A stretch of DNA of 64,000 bases. Origin: Schizochytrium sp. TIO01. Its lineage: Eukaryota; Protista; Bigyra: Labyrinthulomycetes. Below are positions 1-13,420 of the stretch, piece by piece. The notes beneath the pieces were generated by a model. That model saw nothing but the letters and a program-made list of their open reading frames with translations. It was not told the DNA's origin and made no database searches. The first letter of the stretch is position 1. The number at the start of each line of letters is the position of its first letter. The DNA is taken from contig SMSO01000031.1 of assembly GCA_004764695.1 (NCBI GenBank), positions 9,220,761 to 9,284,760 of the forward strand. Reading direction: 5' to 3'. The position numbers and the translations under genes were made by a program.

Positions 1-1097
1 AATCGTGGATTTTTCATTGCATTTCGCTGCATCACTCAAGCGATAACCTGAGCGCTTGTAGAAACATATGCAGGTTTGCAAAAAATAATTCTGACTTAAC
101 CAGGCGCTTCTTGTTAAAAATGCTGGCTTGGGGTTGAAGAGATGATACGACTGGCGAGTTTGCAAGTCATTTTGCAACGGACGGCGACTCTGACCCTCCT
201 CCGTGATCGTGCTGCCTCGAGTCCTCGAGTTCTCGAACTCGTGGCCGTGACTGGCTTTGCTGCAAAAGCTCTCCGTCATGATCATCAGCCAACCAGCCAG
301 TCAGTTTCATTCATTTGATGTTAAATTGAATGAATGAATGAATCAATCAATCAACCAATTTTACATCATATGAATGAATGAATCTTATTTAGATCAAATG
401 AACGAATGGATGAATGAATGGATGAATGAATGAATGAAGCTATCAACTTTAGATCAAATGAAAGAATGAATGAAAGAATGAAAAATCGAATTAATCAATC
501 CATGCATGCATGTATCCATCAATCAACTTTATAAAAAAAAAAAGCAAACAAAGTTAAACTGGCGGGCTCCTCCGTCCGCTTATTTATTATAATAAGCACA
601 GCCGCACATTTTGCACCTTTTGCATATATATATATATACATGTGTGTATATATGTATGTATCTCTTTCGGTCAGGGCCGATTGCTTCTTCCTCCATTCCT
701 CAGTCTTCTTCCAACCGTTAGCACCAGCGTGTCTTTCATCTCAAAAAGGTGGTTAAAATGCCAGTTCGGTAGTTAAGTGGTTAGGTTCTCGTGCTGGTCG
801 AAGGGAAACAAAAAGCTCATCCTTTCCTCCTTCTGGGAAATCAATCATCGGAATCGATAGACTGCCGAGGGAGACGCAGTGACTCACTCGGCGGAGGCGT
901 GTTTGGCTGTCGGCCTGCCTCTCTGGTTGGGCCATCTTGCGCGAAGAGTCTCCATCGAAGACCCGAAAGAGCTGCCAGGGCGCAGCTTTTCCTTCAAAAC
1001 GCAATCGTGGACAGACATACATATAAAACAAGATGAGATTTCGCAAGAGGCAAAACGAGTCTTTCCTCTCTCTCTCTCTCTCTCACTGCCCATCTCG

Positions 1098-1213
1098 TTC
1101 CCATTTGTTTATTTTATTCCCTTTTGTTTATTTATTCCCTTTTGTTTATTCCCATTAATTCATTCCCATTTGTTCATTCCCATTTGTTTATTCCCATTTG
1201 TTTATTCCCATTT
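1098..1213. repeat. Degenerate ~14-bp minisatellite (TTCCCATTTGTTTA)n
   Basis: About seven imperfect tandem copies of ttcccatttgttta / ttccctttttgttta are visible directly. Confidence 0.85.
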
Positions 1214-4182
1214 CGCAGATTGTGGCGAATGGATCTGCGCATTCTATGAAAATCAGTCCATGTGGGCCGTCGTCGAGGCCACTTTGCCTTAGCAGTGCCG
1301 GGGTTCGTGCCGTCCCATCCCATAGACATGGATGGCTTTGGCACCTTGGGCAAGTGAGTGAGTGAGTTGCTTCTCCAAGGCGGAGAGATGAGAGACGATG
1401 CCCCGTGGTTCGTTAGATGCCTTGCTTGCTTGAAGGTGCTCTTGAAAGACATACCTGCTGCTACTCTCTGTAGCTAGAGCTAGAGAGGTATCGTTTGCCT
1501 AGACGGGGGAAGAAGATCGGAAACCAAACCAAAGCAAGAATAACTTACTCTTGTGTGCAAAACCATGAAGGCCAAGTTGAGCCGTGCTGACAAGTTTTCT
1601 GCTAGAGCCTACAAACCAGCGAGTGCAAGCTAAACACTCTTGCGAAATCATCCTCTGTAGCCCTCCGGTCGGTCTACTCGGACTGCGTCGCAGGCGTCGT
1701 TGTGGACATCACTCTTAATTTGCTTAAGCTGCCTTTTTTGCTTTTTTTGCTTTTTTGCTTTTTTGCTTTAAAATAAAATTGTAATTTTTGATATGATATG
1801 ATATATATATCATATGTACGTATTGATTAAAAATAAAATAAATTATAAAAATATTGTTTCTTAAAAAATAAATTAATACATAAAATATAAACCATTTCCT
1901 AACAAAACAAACCAACAAGTACAGAGGCCCCTTTCGTAAGTAGTAGGTATTACTATTTATCGATTGAAGGATCTTTGTTAAACCAAACAAATAGACTACT
2001 GAAAAGCCTAAAATGCGAACCAACTTTCCTGAAGCATCCTTTCCCTGGATAAGTTGTTGATGCCATTGCTTTCTGGCTGTCCAAACTCCGGCAGTGGCGT
2101 TCTTCTGAATATCCATCCATCCATCCATTCATTCCTTTGCCCACTGCGAGACAGATGCTTAGTGCCAATGATCAGCGTCTCTGTCAGCCTAACGAGCGTG
2201 TCTGCGTTGGCACTGGCCAACGGAGAGCGCTTCAGACAGCCCCAAGAACCCATCGACGTCCATGGAAGGAGTGCAATGCGTGCATGTCTTTCCTCCGTTC
2301 ACATTGAGAGAACGAGGAGGATCTTCTGATCCTGTTGGAGTACTGCATCTCTTTCTCCACGTTTGCCGCGGCGGTCAAGGTGCACAATAAGCGGGTCCCG
2401 GAACGAGCGAACTCGGCTGCTCTGCAGTTGCTCGATTGGTTGCTCCTTTCGTTGCATCTCATCTCATCTCCGCTGCCACCCAAGAGCCACGCCACCTCCT
2501 CGAGCACCAAACAGAAGCGATCCGTGAAAGACACTCCGCCAGGAACGAGCACCGCTCGGAGCGCTGCGTTTTTCAGGAGGTCTTCGCGCATCCAGAGCAG
2601 CTTTTGGCCATCGTGAGCGGAAAGCTTCGAGGCGCTGCCTCCCTCTGCCGGAGCACGAAGATGGCGGTCCACGGGTCCACGAGGCGAGGCGAGTCGCACG
2701 GACACAGCGGTGGCCTCAGGCAGCGAAGGGTTCGAGCTTGCTTTGCGAGAGTCAGAGTATCGGCGGCGAGAAACCTTGGAGGCCCAGCTCAGACAGACGG
2801 CCATGAGACAGAGAACGCAAGCAAGCAGAGCAGACAGAGCAAAGCAAAGCAAAGCAAACGAGCCAAGCAAGCAAGGAAGACAAGCTGCCCTGCCAGAAGA
2901 GGCCTCGCCAGAGGACGAGCATCCTGTCAGAAGAAAGACAGCTTGCCAGCTAAGTGGTCTAGTTCCTCAGCTCGGTCGAAGCAGGGCGGCTGTGAAGGCC
3001 TGGGCGTGACCCCAAAGCTATGGACTCCAAGGGCACAGAGGCATCCTTTCCTGTCGTCTCTTTCAGTTCTTGTTCCTGCTACCACTTGTCTTCTTGTCAT
3101 TGAGCTGAGTTTAGCGTTATACTCCCTTCTTTCCTCTGACTCTTCTGTTGTCTCCTCAGGCCGTATCTTCGTCTCAAGATATTTCTTATATATTTTATCT
3201 TTATTTTAAAATAAAAGCAATAAATTATAATTTATTCATTTGTTATCATTAAAATCAACAAGTTTAATCAGAGAATGATGTTTTCACTTTAATTTTAATA
3301 AATAAATAAATAAATAAAACAATAAATAAATAAGTAAATAAATAAATAAATAAAACAAACAATCTACTGTTGCGGACTAGCTACAGATACTACTGCTAGC
3401 GAAGTAAAGAGGGAGAGGCAGCAAAAAGCGAAGAAGGTTAAAGCAAGAACGCAAGAACAGGAAGCAGAAAGTTTGAATTTCCAACAGTCAGAGAACGGCG
3501 AGAACAGCACTTCAAGTTAGGCTTGTACGTATTTATGTATATACACATACTTTAAGGGAACGTAAGTAGTAGCTAGCGCGCCAAAGACGAGCAGTATGCT
3601 CGTGACGTGGCAGACGGAACGACGAGCTTTTGCCTTTTTGCTTTGTCATTTCCTGTGCTCTTTCTCTTCAGCTTACGTTCTCATCTTCAGTCTGAGTTAT
3701 CGAGTCGCCTTCTCATTGTCTGAGCGTCCTCTGCGCCGTTTCTTTGAGCGTGGAGCAATCCCACGACGAAGCTCTCAGACTGACTGACTGCTTTTCAACA
3801 TCATAATCAACGTCATAGTCATCACAGCATCGAATGAGATCTTGCTTTGAGAACAGCTCAGCTCAGCTCAGCTCAGAGGATCCACGGAAGCCCAGGACTC
3901 CCAAGGCCGACGACAGCGAGGATCGACTCGTGTGGTCCCGTGGACGACAGAAAGCGCTGCCTGAGTCGCTCTTGCTCTGTGCTCGCATCGATGCTCGAGG
4001 AGAGAGAAGCGCGCAAGCAGAGGCAGAAAGGCAGAGAGGCAGGCCCCTCGTAGGGGTGACTAGGAGGCTGCTAGCAGAGGGGCCAGTCAGTTGGGTCGTC
4101 TTGCAGAGATCGTTGAGACTGTGTCTTGATTTACTTTTGTGAGTTGGAGCGATGGAAGGAGGAGGGAGTCTTTAGACCGAGG

Positions 4183-4227
<45 letters not shown>

Positions 4228-4409
4228 GCCTTTGAAGGGGCCCTTTGAAGAGGCCCTTCGCGGCCTCGTGGAAGAACGAACACCTCGGCCGTCCGTTCCC
4301 TCTTTCTTATCCGCGTAGAGCACGGGCAATTAGTTTTTATTCGTTCCTTTCCTTCATCTCATCAACGGCATCTTGAATCGGTGTAATAATGTACATACAT
4401 TTGAAGAAA

Positions 4410-4410
<1 letters not shown>

Positions 4411-4506
<96 letters not shown>

Positions 4507-4586
4507 CAACAACAACAACAGCAACAAAAGAACAACAACAGCAACAAAAGAACAACAACAGCAACAACAGCAACAACAGCAACAAC
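4411..4586. repeat. (GCAA)n microsatellite followed by a (CAA/CAG)-rich tract
   Basis: Pure agcaagca run at 4411-4506, then caacaacaacagcaacaa units. This generates the spurious KQAS/LACL ORFs. Confidence 0.95.
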
Positions 4587-5429
4587 ACAAGAACGGGAGC
4601 AAGGAGAACAAGAGAAAAACAAACATTTTTGAAAACTTTCCAGCGCAAGTGTGCTCGATACTTTATTTTATTTTAACCGTGTCGGAGGAAATGGTCAAAG
4701 TTAGAAAAAAAAAAGCGGAGGTTTCTCCGTCACTGAAAACATATTGTAAACAGGAATACTAATCAGTGAAATAAACTTTTTATTTATTTATTTTTACTGA
4801 AAAAAAGAAAAGAAAAGAAAAGAAAAGAAAAGGGAAAACTAACGAAAGCGCAGGCCCACAAAGCCGTTAATGCTTCTTGTGAAGAGTCGTTGCAGAGGGC
4901 GCAGGAGGCTTTTCAGGTAGTAGTGAGGGAGGCGAAAGTCAAGATTTAGTCTGTGTAGACAGTAATACACTGGAAATGTGTAGTCGCAGTGGCGTGAGGG
5001 AGAGAGCGGCCCAATTTGTGCACATAATTTACGTATCTTGATGGTGCTTCCTTCACGTGAGGGACACCGAGAGAGAGAGAGAGAGAGAGACAGACAGGGG
5101 GAGAGGGGAGAGTTTTTTAACGATAGATGATAGATAATAAATTGTACTACAATGATTCAAGGGCAGAATTAGAAAGAGACGGCGGAGCAAGTATTTCCAA
5201 CTTAGCAATGTCGGCCTTTCTTTTTCATTAAAATAAATAATAAAAGTTAATAAAAGTAAAGCAGGAAGAAAGACACGCACACAAATCGATGACCTTTACA
5301 CATCTTCAATAAGTAGGCTGTCAGCGATTGCTTGTGATGCCTTGTTCTGAGAGCAAAAGTGAACAGCACACGCAGGCTAATCCATCAGCAGCAACCCAAG
5401 GTCAACGTAGTGCTAAGCCAGCGAGGAAA

Positions 5430-5789
5430 GTCAAGAGCGCAACTCTCGTGAATGAGCAGCAGAAAGAGAAACTCGTGGAATGTATCTATCTACTAGCCAC
5501 ATCAATCTACCTTTCTGTGGGGTTCTCGCTCGGATGAAAGCAACCATGTGCAAATCATCTTTTCGAAGAGATGCCGATCTTTAAGTTGAGATTGCGAATA
5601 GATTTGCACGTAGGTACCAGATTGAAGCGTGTCCCCCTTCGAGTTTGGAAAGGCTCGGAGCCAGAACTCTTGATTAAGCTTTATACTCTTGAAATTTGGA
5701 GGCTTCGAGTCTGGGCTCTTCGCGACCTGAGCAGAGCATAACTTCATAACACTTGGTGGTTTAGCATTACTCAGAGCCCATGCATAGTC
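5430..5789 (-). pseudogene. Possible decayed MATH/TRAF-domain exon
   Basis: After an acceptor-like ttcacag, the minus strand reads DYAWALSN...SKPPNF...FWLRAFPNSKGDTLQSGTYVQIY. After a -1 shift it reads WLVDRYIPRVSL. The spacing resembles MATH motifs (Y-x-W-x-I-x-N; S-x-x-F; L-x-x-YP-x-G; YVSIY; WG-x-x-x-FI). By-eye match only. Confidence 0.3.
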
Positions 5790-7380
5790 CTGTGAAAGGA
5801 GTGCAGCAGTTAAGAGTCAGTTGCTTTGTTTTTACAAAACAAGTTCGAAGTCAAATTGATCAAACATGGTGCTCTTTCTACCACCTTTGACGTTGATGAA
5901 CGCGCTGCCAAAGAGCCTTTCCAACTCACAAATCAGTTTTCAAGAGTGGTAAGTAGGAGGCACCTGCCTACCTAGTATAATGGGAGTGAGTAGGTAGGTA
6001 TGCGTATGTATGTCCTAAGGTAGTGATTATTACCATCACATGGATTGGAAGTCAGAATACCTTTTATCGACATGCCATTTCTACTGCAGTTTGCAAAAAA
6101 GTGGCGATTAAAACATCAAGATTCGTTGCAAATAAATAACGATGAGGCGATTTGCAAAACCTTTGCTTTTACTATCCTTCGAACGATCATGAAGATGAAG
6201 GAACTAACCAAATTCAGTCGTATCAACTCCTAAATATTATTTTACTATCGCAGGTAGGCAGTAGTCCCTTCTCTTTCGAAAAGACAAAGTCCAATAGTTC
6301 CAACACAACTTAATATTGTGTCCAGACTATCCAGTGTGATTGATCCTACATATAGTCCGCAGAAGTTGGTCTTCTTTCGAAAGATTTACTCTCAGTCGCA
6401 TCGGATGATTCAAAGCATGACTTCGCAAAAGTGGAGATACAGAGCAATCGTTCGCAGAGACACACCATCTGTAGTAGTCATTTGTCTAGGTCAATGTCAG
6501 GAAGCCCCATTTTCTGTGCTTCATCTCAAATGAAAATGACCTCCATGAAGCTGCACACTATCATTGTAAATTATGACCATTATCCTCAAGAAGATCAACT
6601 TGACCATGTTCACTTTGCCTTTAGTGTTGTGGGTAGGTATGGATACAGGGCATATGCTAATTCGTGATGGTCGGAGTCTTTTTACTAGCAGCTAGAAACC
6701 GCATTGGATCATATGACGACATATTTGAAGATCAGCTCCCTTCGACTACTAGACAAATCATTCGATTCGGCCCAACCTGTGTTTATATCTCTTTTTTGGT
6801 GATGAGAGTCTCAACAGACTCAGAACAAAATATTGAGGATCCTTGCTTTTGCCCATAAGACATCACTTCCTGCCTGTCTCTTTTGCAGCAGCTTCAGAAA
6901 AGATCCGTCCGTGATCTTAGAAGTTTGTTAGGTCCTTTTGAAAGTGCTTGTAAAACACCTGTTTGGCTGGCCTCTAGAGGCATAGATAGGGGCCACGAGC
7001 AAGTCACCCTGGTTCGTTCTCAGGTGCTGTAAAACCAACAACTCTGTATGTATCTGTCACGGTGTTTGTCGCATATTCTGAAAAGAACAACAATCAAGTT
7101 CTTCTCAATTGACTTCTTAAGTTTATGTTGTATTTTTGTATCATTGTTGGAGTATTTATTTACCTGAGGCTCTGGGTTTTCTACCTTCTTCTTTTTTAGT
7201 CTGTCGGCACTACGTAGGAACATACGTACTTAATGATGTACGTGTAAGGAAGCAGCAGCCGAGGCAGCCTTGGCGAGGCGCAGAACACTTCTTTTCGTTG
7301 AGAAAGCTCTTTACTCTGGGAAGAAGTTGTTTAGGAACCGAGCACAACAACTCACGGCTTGTAATAATAGTAAGTAACAC

Positions 7381-7383
<3 letters not shown>

Positions 7384-7418
<35 letters not shown>
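7384..7418. repeat. Poly(A) tract (35 A)
   Basis: Uninterrupted A run. No recognisable retroposon body or target-site duplication. Confidence 0.9.
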
Positions 7419-7422
<4 letters not shown>

Positions 7423-10400
7423 ATATAATTTTATGAATTGAAAAAGCAGGGTACACAATCATAGTAAATGAATGCAGTGCCGATCATTGATGAAGGATAT
7501 CTCTTCTTGACTCGGTGTAGTACCTAATCAATTCATTGACACACTGGACATGTTCTTCGTGGCTAAGTTCTTCGAAGAAGGGGAGTCAGCATTCCGCGGG
7601 GTTCTCAGACCCTTCGCACAAACTAGGCAAGAGTCCACTGATGCAGAGTCTGCAACTGTCAATGGTTTGCAGTTTGCACTGTCAATGACGATCTTGCAAT
7701 ATACGCCTTCGGGCGAATACTGAAGATTCCTTTCCTCCACTTCTGCGGCGATTGGAACACAGAGCAGAGAGAGAGAGAGAGAGAGATCAAGACTGATCGA
7801 GACACACCTATTCCAGGCTCCCGAGAATATGCCTCCTGCACTGCTCTAGCTAGAGACGTTGCTCTAAAGATACCTTCGTTGACCTCAGCATTCTTCAAGG
7901 TTTCGACTTACGAGTTGGGGCGCCTTGGTCGACGGTCGCTCGCTCAAGCTGAGCACCCAATGGAACTGTGCCAGATTCTCAGAGTTTGCACGATCTCTCG
8001 ACTCTTTCTTGAGGTGGCGGGATGGCATTGAGCACTTTGTGCAAATTATTCACCTTCTCCGACAACCCTCTTTCCAATGAAAAGCGAAAAGCGCAGGTCT
8101 GAAGTGCAGTGTTTCCTGGAGATCACGATGAGCACGCCTGTAGAAGGCATGTGCGCGATGATTGTGAATGCGCAGTCTGCGAAGTCTTGAGTGCCACGAT
8201 TCATTTTGGGTGTGTAAACGTAAACTTGACTGCATTGTTTTCACAGAGAGAAAGAGTCGTCACGTTTACTCTTCTATAATAATAATAATACTAAATAAAT
8301 AAATAAAAGAAAAAAAGAGAAACTACCTACATTCTAGAAAACTACCTTGAAACAACTTGTACACGCATCTACTAGGTGCATATCAATTACCTACTTTGTA
8401 TAGGTACACCAGCTATGGTTTCATATAAGAGTATGACACAGCATTGAAAAAGAGAGTGTTTCTTTTTAGGTAAAACAACTTTCCATATTTTGTTTAAAAC
8501 CTTTTCAAATAAAAAGAACATCAGTGCTTCACAAGACGTGATGTAAAATTAAAATATTGTTATTAAAAAAAAAGTAAAAAAAAAAAAAGTATTTGTTTAT
8601 CATATATGATGTACTGTGTATTTATTATTTAAAACCACAAGGTTTTCACTTAAACGTTTACAGGTGTGCAGCGCACACGCCAGACACACGCTCGCACGAG
8701 CCCTCGAAACGACCTTTCGCAATAGACTTTAACAATAGCCGTCATCATGCCAGCACACAGAGATAAATCACTTTCGCTCTGGCCCTACTCCTGGCTCCTT
8801 TCAGCATGGGACCCAACGCTCAGAGCCATCTGCATCTCGAAATTGTGGTACTCTTTCTCCGTAGCTGGAGAGCGAGTGCCACGGCTTTGCGAGTATATGT
8901 GCGTGCTCCTCCGAAAACCCAGTCCGACATGGCTTCTGCCTATGGAATGCATACATACATACATACTACATCCCCATGGTATGGAATAAAGGTTCCCAAG
9001 ACGAAGGTTTCTGCGGGGCTGAAGAAGGATCCCTCAGAGACCATGGTAGATAAGTGCTGCACTCTCAATCAGCGAACATCAATCAAAGCAGGTTCTGGAC
9101 AGGCTTCTTCTTCAAGCTCTAGAGAAGATTCAGGTAAGGCGGGTGTAGTGAATTGCATGACCTGGGGCGCACAGAAGAATGTTCTCAATGAACGGCATCT
9201 TCGATTGCAGATTCGCTGTTCAAGCGGAGAGGGCCAATTCCAGTGGAATCATTTGCAGCACTCCCAAAGGACGATGCGGAGAGATAAGTTCGACTGTGTT
9301 GGCCCTGGCAAGGGAAGTCTAACTCAACACACACACACACACAAAAGAGAGAGAGAGAGTGAGAGAGGTCCTGCGTGTTGGAGCATAACTTTTGTCTTTC
9401 GCGCATCGGGAATTAATTAGAAATGAGTTGAACTGGCTAGAGGGCACAAACAAGGTTTGCAGGGAAGAAAATAAAATAAGGTTGTGCAGATAGATATAGT
9501 CTCGTTGGGTGTTGGAGAAGCAGAGATGCCTGGTCTCAACTATACTCCATCGGTACCTCAGAGCTACTGCATGCTTTCAGACAGACTTTGCATTCGAAAA
9601 GAGACCGTGGGTTTGCCTGAAGCGAGCCCCAGCTGGAATGGATTTGGTTCTGGACAATGGTTGACACGCTTTTGTCTTGGACCGCCACTATAGAACACAA
9701 GAAGTTTTGAGCCACAATTACAGCAGCTCGATCACAGGTACCTCCTTCCCACTAAGGGCGCGCTTAGGCCTCTGCTAAAGCGAAATCTGCCTGCCCCGTT
9801 TGAATGCCGCAGTAATCCCCTCAGCACATGGAGTCCGACGCTTTCTGATCTCTCACAGGTACATCATCGTTGCAGCCTCAGGCGGTTCTTTTCACTCCCT
9901 TGACGAATGGATCTATCCTAACTAAGCTTTGCAGTCAAAGATGATCTCGATACACTGTGTCTTGATGACTGCAAGTGGACTTTGGCATCCCGCTGTAGCT
10001 AGAACGTCTGCAGAATGTCTGCCTAGGTAGGTCTAATATGCGCTGCCAGTGGGTGCATGCGTGTGCGCGAGTTTGAAAAAAGATATTTCTGCAACAGGCA
10101 GCAGAAGCGGCATCGACTTTTGTTCATGCTCAAATTTAGGTAGTAGCGACCCTAAGTAGTGCTAGCTAGTGTACTTTCTTTCCTTTGCATGTCTTTGTCT
10201 TTATTTATTTTCTAAACTAATAACTTCGTTTTAATTTTAAAACAAGTTGAAAGAGAGTTTTAAAGGTCGAATTTTATTTTAGGATAAAAGAAATAAACAG
10301 TACAGAAGGCCTCCGAGTCCTTCGTAAATCAATCGAAACAGAGTTAGTTGTTGATGACATCATCCGGTCGGTCCCATACGCGATGTGCGTCTTCTGCTGC

Positions 10401-12444
10401 GTTCTCGCGCATTGCACAGCATCTGAGACGCAGAGGTAACCTCCGTTGTTCGCTTATGCTGGTCTTCTGAAGGAAACTGCCGCCTGACCCTGCGATTGCA
10501 AGGTTCTCAGCCCACGGACTGCGATGCAGCGAAGGTCTCGTCCGCAGAGGCGAGCCCGACCGCAAAACTGAGCGACGGTCGTATAACAATTATAGATGCG
10601 AAAGAAAGAGCAGAAAGAAAAGGTGAATGGAAATGCTCTTTTCCAAATGAAGGAGACGATTCTCGCGTGATGAGTCTCAGAGCTTTCGCTAACAAATTCT
10701 AGGTGGTGGGCGTCTTCTTTTGTTTCCTTAAAGTTATAGTACTTTTTTTAAAAAATTATAATTTCAATACTTAGTAAAAATAAAATAAAATGAAAATATG
10801 AAAATATGGAAATATCGCCTTTAGTTTATTTTTAATTTTTTAATAGCAACCAGTTGTAGAAATTGAAGGTAGGCACAGCAGTAGTACAAATGCTGTATCT
10901 CTTTCAGAACAATGAAGTTGCTATCTTGAAACAATAGATGTTACCGGTGCTATCGACAAGAGATGGCTGAGTCTGCTCGTTTCCCCATATTTAAAGCTAA
11001 GAAAGCGGGCTTTTCTTTAACTATGCAGGGACTCAATCATATAAGGAGTAGTAAATATATATATATATGAAGGTGCGTGTAAAATCATTGTAAGATCAAT
11101 AAAACAAAACTACAATAAATCGACCCATCATCTAGGTCTATCTATACATGAAGGCATATAAAAGAAGAAAAAAAAAGATACAAATGGATACTATTATTCC
11201 CAAATACGCGAAGAAGCGCCAGAAACAGCCCGAAAACATACAGCATCGCTATTGATGAGACTAGCTGGTTCACCGGTTCGCTTCCTTGAAAACTACCAGG
11301 TAAGACTGTGCTCTCTGCTGGCTCTGTCTCGCTCCAGGAAAGAAAGGAGCTCCCCTTCTTCTTCTCTGTCTTTGTTCTTATCTTAGTTTAATTTTTAAAG
11401 AATCATCCCATCGATCTTAATGAAGGGAACAAGAGCACACGCAACTCGTTTGTGCCGTAGCAGCACTGCTACTCGAATGAAGAAGGGATACATACGATGT
11501 CTTCTCTAGAAGGTTCATACGTCGTCGGTGTCGAATGAGCCTGCGCGAAAGGCGATTCAACTGCGTTCAAAATGAGCACACCCTAATGGTCATTAGCCAT
11601 GAAGCGTTCTGTAGAAATAGTATGCGCGCGTTGCTCTGTATAGGACGCTAAAGACTTGGTGGGTCTCGCTTCATCAGATAGCTACGAGTTACAAACGTCT
11701 CATCGCAGCCTTTTTCTTTACGTTCGGGCCAAAGCTGAGTGAGGGAAGAAAGCACAGCACAGCAGAGACACCGAAATGGTAAAACGGAGATGCACTAGAA
11801 CAGGTGACAATCAATTGTTGCATAGACCCTCGAGAAGTCATATCTTGGCGCTCACGACATGTTCTCCGGGTTATGTAAGAAAGGTTTTGACATTTAAAAT
11901 CTCTTGAGGGCGGATTGCGAACCGCCGCTCTGAAACATTCATTGCGAGCCTGCTTTACTTGACTTGACAGAGCTGCAAACAGGAGTGAGGTGAGACAGGA
12001 ACGCAAAGTCAGGGATGGATGCAGTTCCCACAGTATCTGACTTTTTGTTGCCGCATTGATGAAAGGAGAAACAGATAACTGAAGGAACAGGTGAAGAGTA
12101 AGGCATTGGAACTAAGAACGGTCTCCAACTTTGAAAGAAAGGTATCCAAGTCAACAAAATCCAAGGTCACAGTATGACGAACACATTATTTGATAAAAGA
12201 CAAGCCCTCTCGATTCCGCTAAAAGAGGATTCTCGGCTCACAAGAGCTCTGCCGGAGGTCTTCAGAAATAGAGATGATTGATTACACAGTGCTCAACATT
12301 TTAGATAGACCTTCCCAATCTTTGGGATCACCGTAGCACCGATGGATGCACTTGCGATGGTGCAGACCACAGACTCTGTTGTCAAAGACCATTAGATACA
12401 TACTCCAGACCGCTGTTCCATTCTCACCTCAGAGGACCTCTAGC

Positions 12445-12476
<32 letters not shown>

Positions 12477-12575
12477 CTGTTAGGCAGTCAGTAGGTAGGT
12501 AGTAGGCATTAGGCTCTTCTATCGCATCGTAAACGGTGTAGCAACACAGTCGATGGATGATTGATTGATTGTCTC

Positions 12576-12623
<48 letters not shown>
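12576..12623. repeat. (ATTG)n microsatellite
   Basis: Direct observation. Confidence 0.9.
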
Positions 12624-13369
12624 CCTACAAAAGAAGTCCCTCTCCCTCATCGAAGGAGTGACGCTTCTGCTGCAGCAGTGCGATCGATGCCTATCCATGC
12701 GGCGGTCAAAGGGAATGAGAGGGTTCGGTCTGTCTGAGAGGCTGTCTTTCCCTGAGTTTCATGTTGAGGAGGAGGCGCGAAAGGGGGTTGGGATCGGTGA
12801 AATGAGAAAACCGCACCGTCCCTCGTTCCCTCTCATGATGGGCAGATAGATAGACAGACCGACGGAGCTTTTTGTTGGTTTGTCTTTCAAGTGGAAATAA
12901 AATCTCTCACAAACTTGAAGTAAGATAAAACATCACGTTTTCAAGTCTCCAATTTTGAATCGTTTGTAATATAAATAAAAGCTTCATAAAGGAATGCAGT
13001 AAAATCGAACAGTCAGCAAATCAATTGCCGGATAAAACGCAGATCGAGGAGGCTGTCACAGACGCTCAGACAGATGGAGCGACACAGGCGCGGACAAAGA
13101 CGCGGCTTTCGGGCCCTCTTCAGAACGACCTGAAGGCAACGCGGCAAAATCAGTCTGACAAAACATTATTGTTCTAGTGTTTGTACTTTCAATTTTCAAA
13201 AAGTTAGTGAAAGCAAGCTTGCCACTTTAATTAATTCTTTTTCCTTTTTCTTTTTTTTTTAACCTAATAACAAAAACCAACTAACTATACGTGCCTAAAA
13301 CAGTCTCTTCACTCGCTCCAAAAACTTGCACTGTCTACAAATCAATCAAAGCGTCACTACACAGCGTCA

Positions 13370-13420
13370 AACTCCATCGATCTGTCAACTCCCTCGATCT
13401 GTCAACTCCATCGATCTGTC
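13370..13420. repeat. 17-bp tandem repeat x3 (AACTCCATCGATCTGTC)
   Basis: aactccatcgatctgtc / aactccctcgatctgtc / aactccatcgatctgtc, contiguous, with one mismatch. Confidence 0.95.

Noticed and set aside
2232-3209. 212-aa (-) and 257-aa (+) ORFs in a GC-rich block
   Set aside because: Non-ATG starts, passage through simple repeats and no recognisable motif. A decayed gene cannot be excluded but is not supportable.
4337-4762. Overlapping 86-129 aa ORFs (KQASKQAS, LACLLAC)
   Set aside because: Products of the (GCAA)n and (CAA)n microsatellites.
8806-9420. 204-aa ORF
   Set aside because: Runs through (CATA), (CA) and (GA) microsatellites and shows no domain signature.
13370-13420. 17-bp repeat as a CRISPR-like array
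   Set aside because: Repeats are contiguous with no spacers, and the context is eukaryotic.
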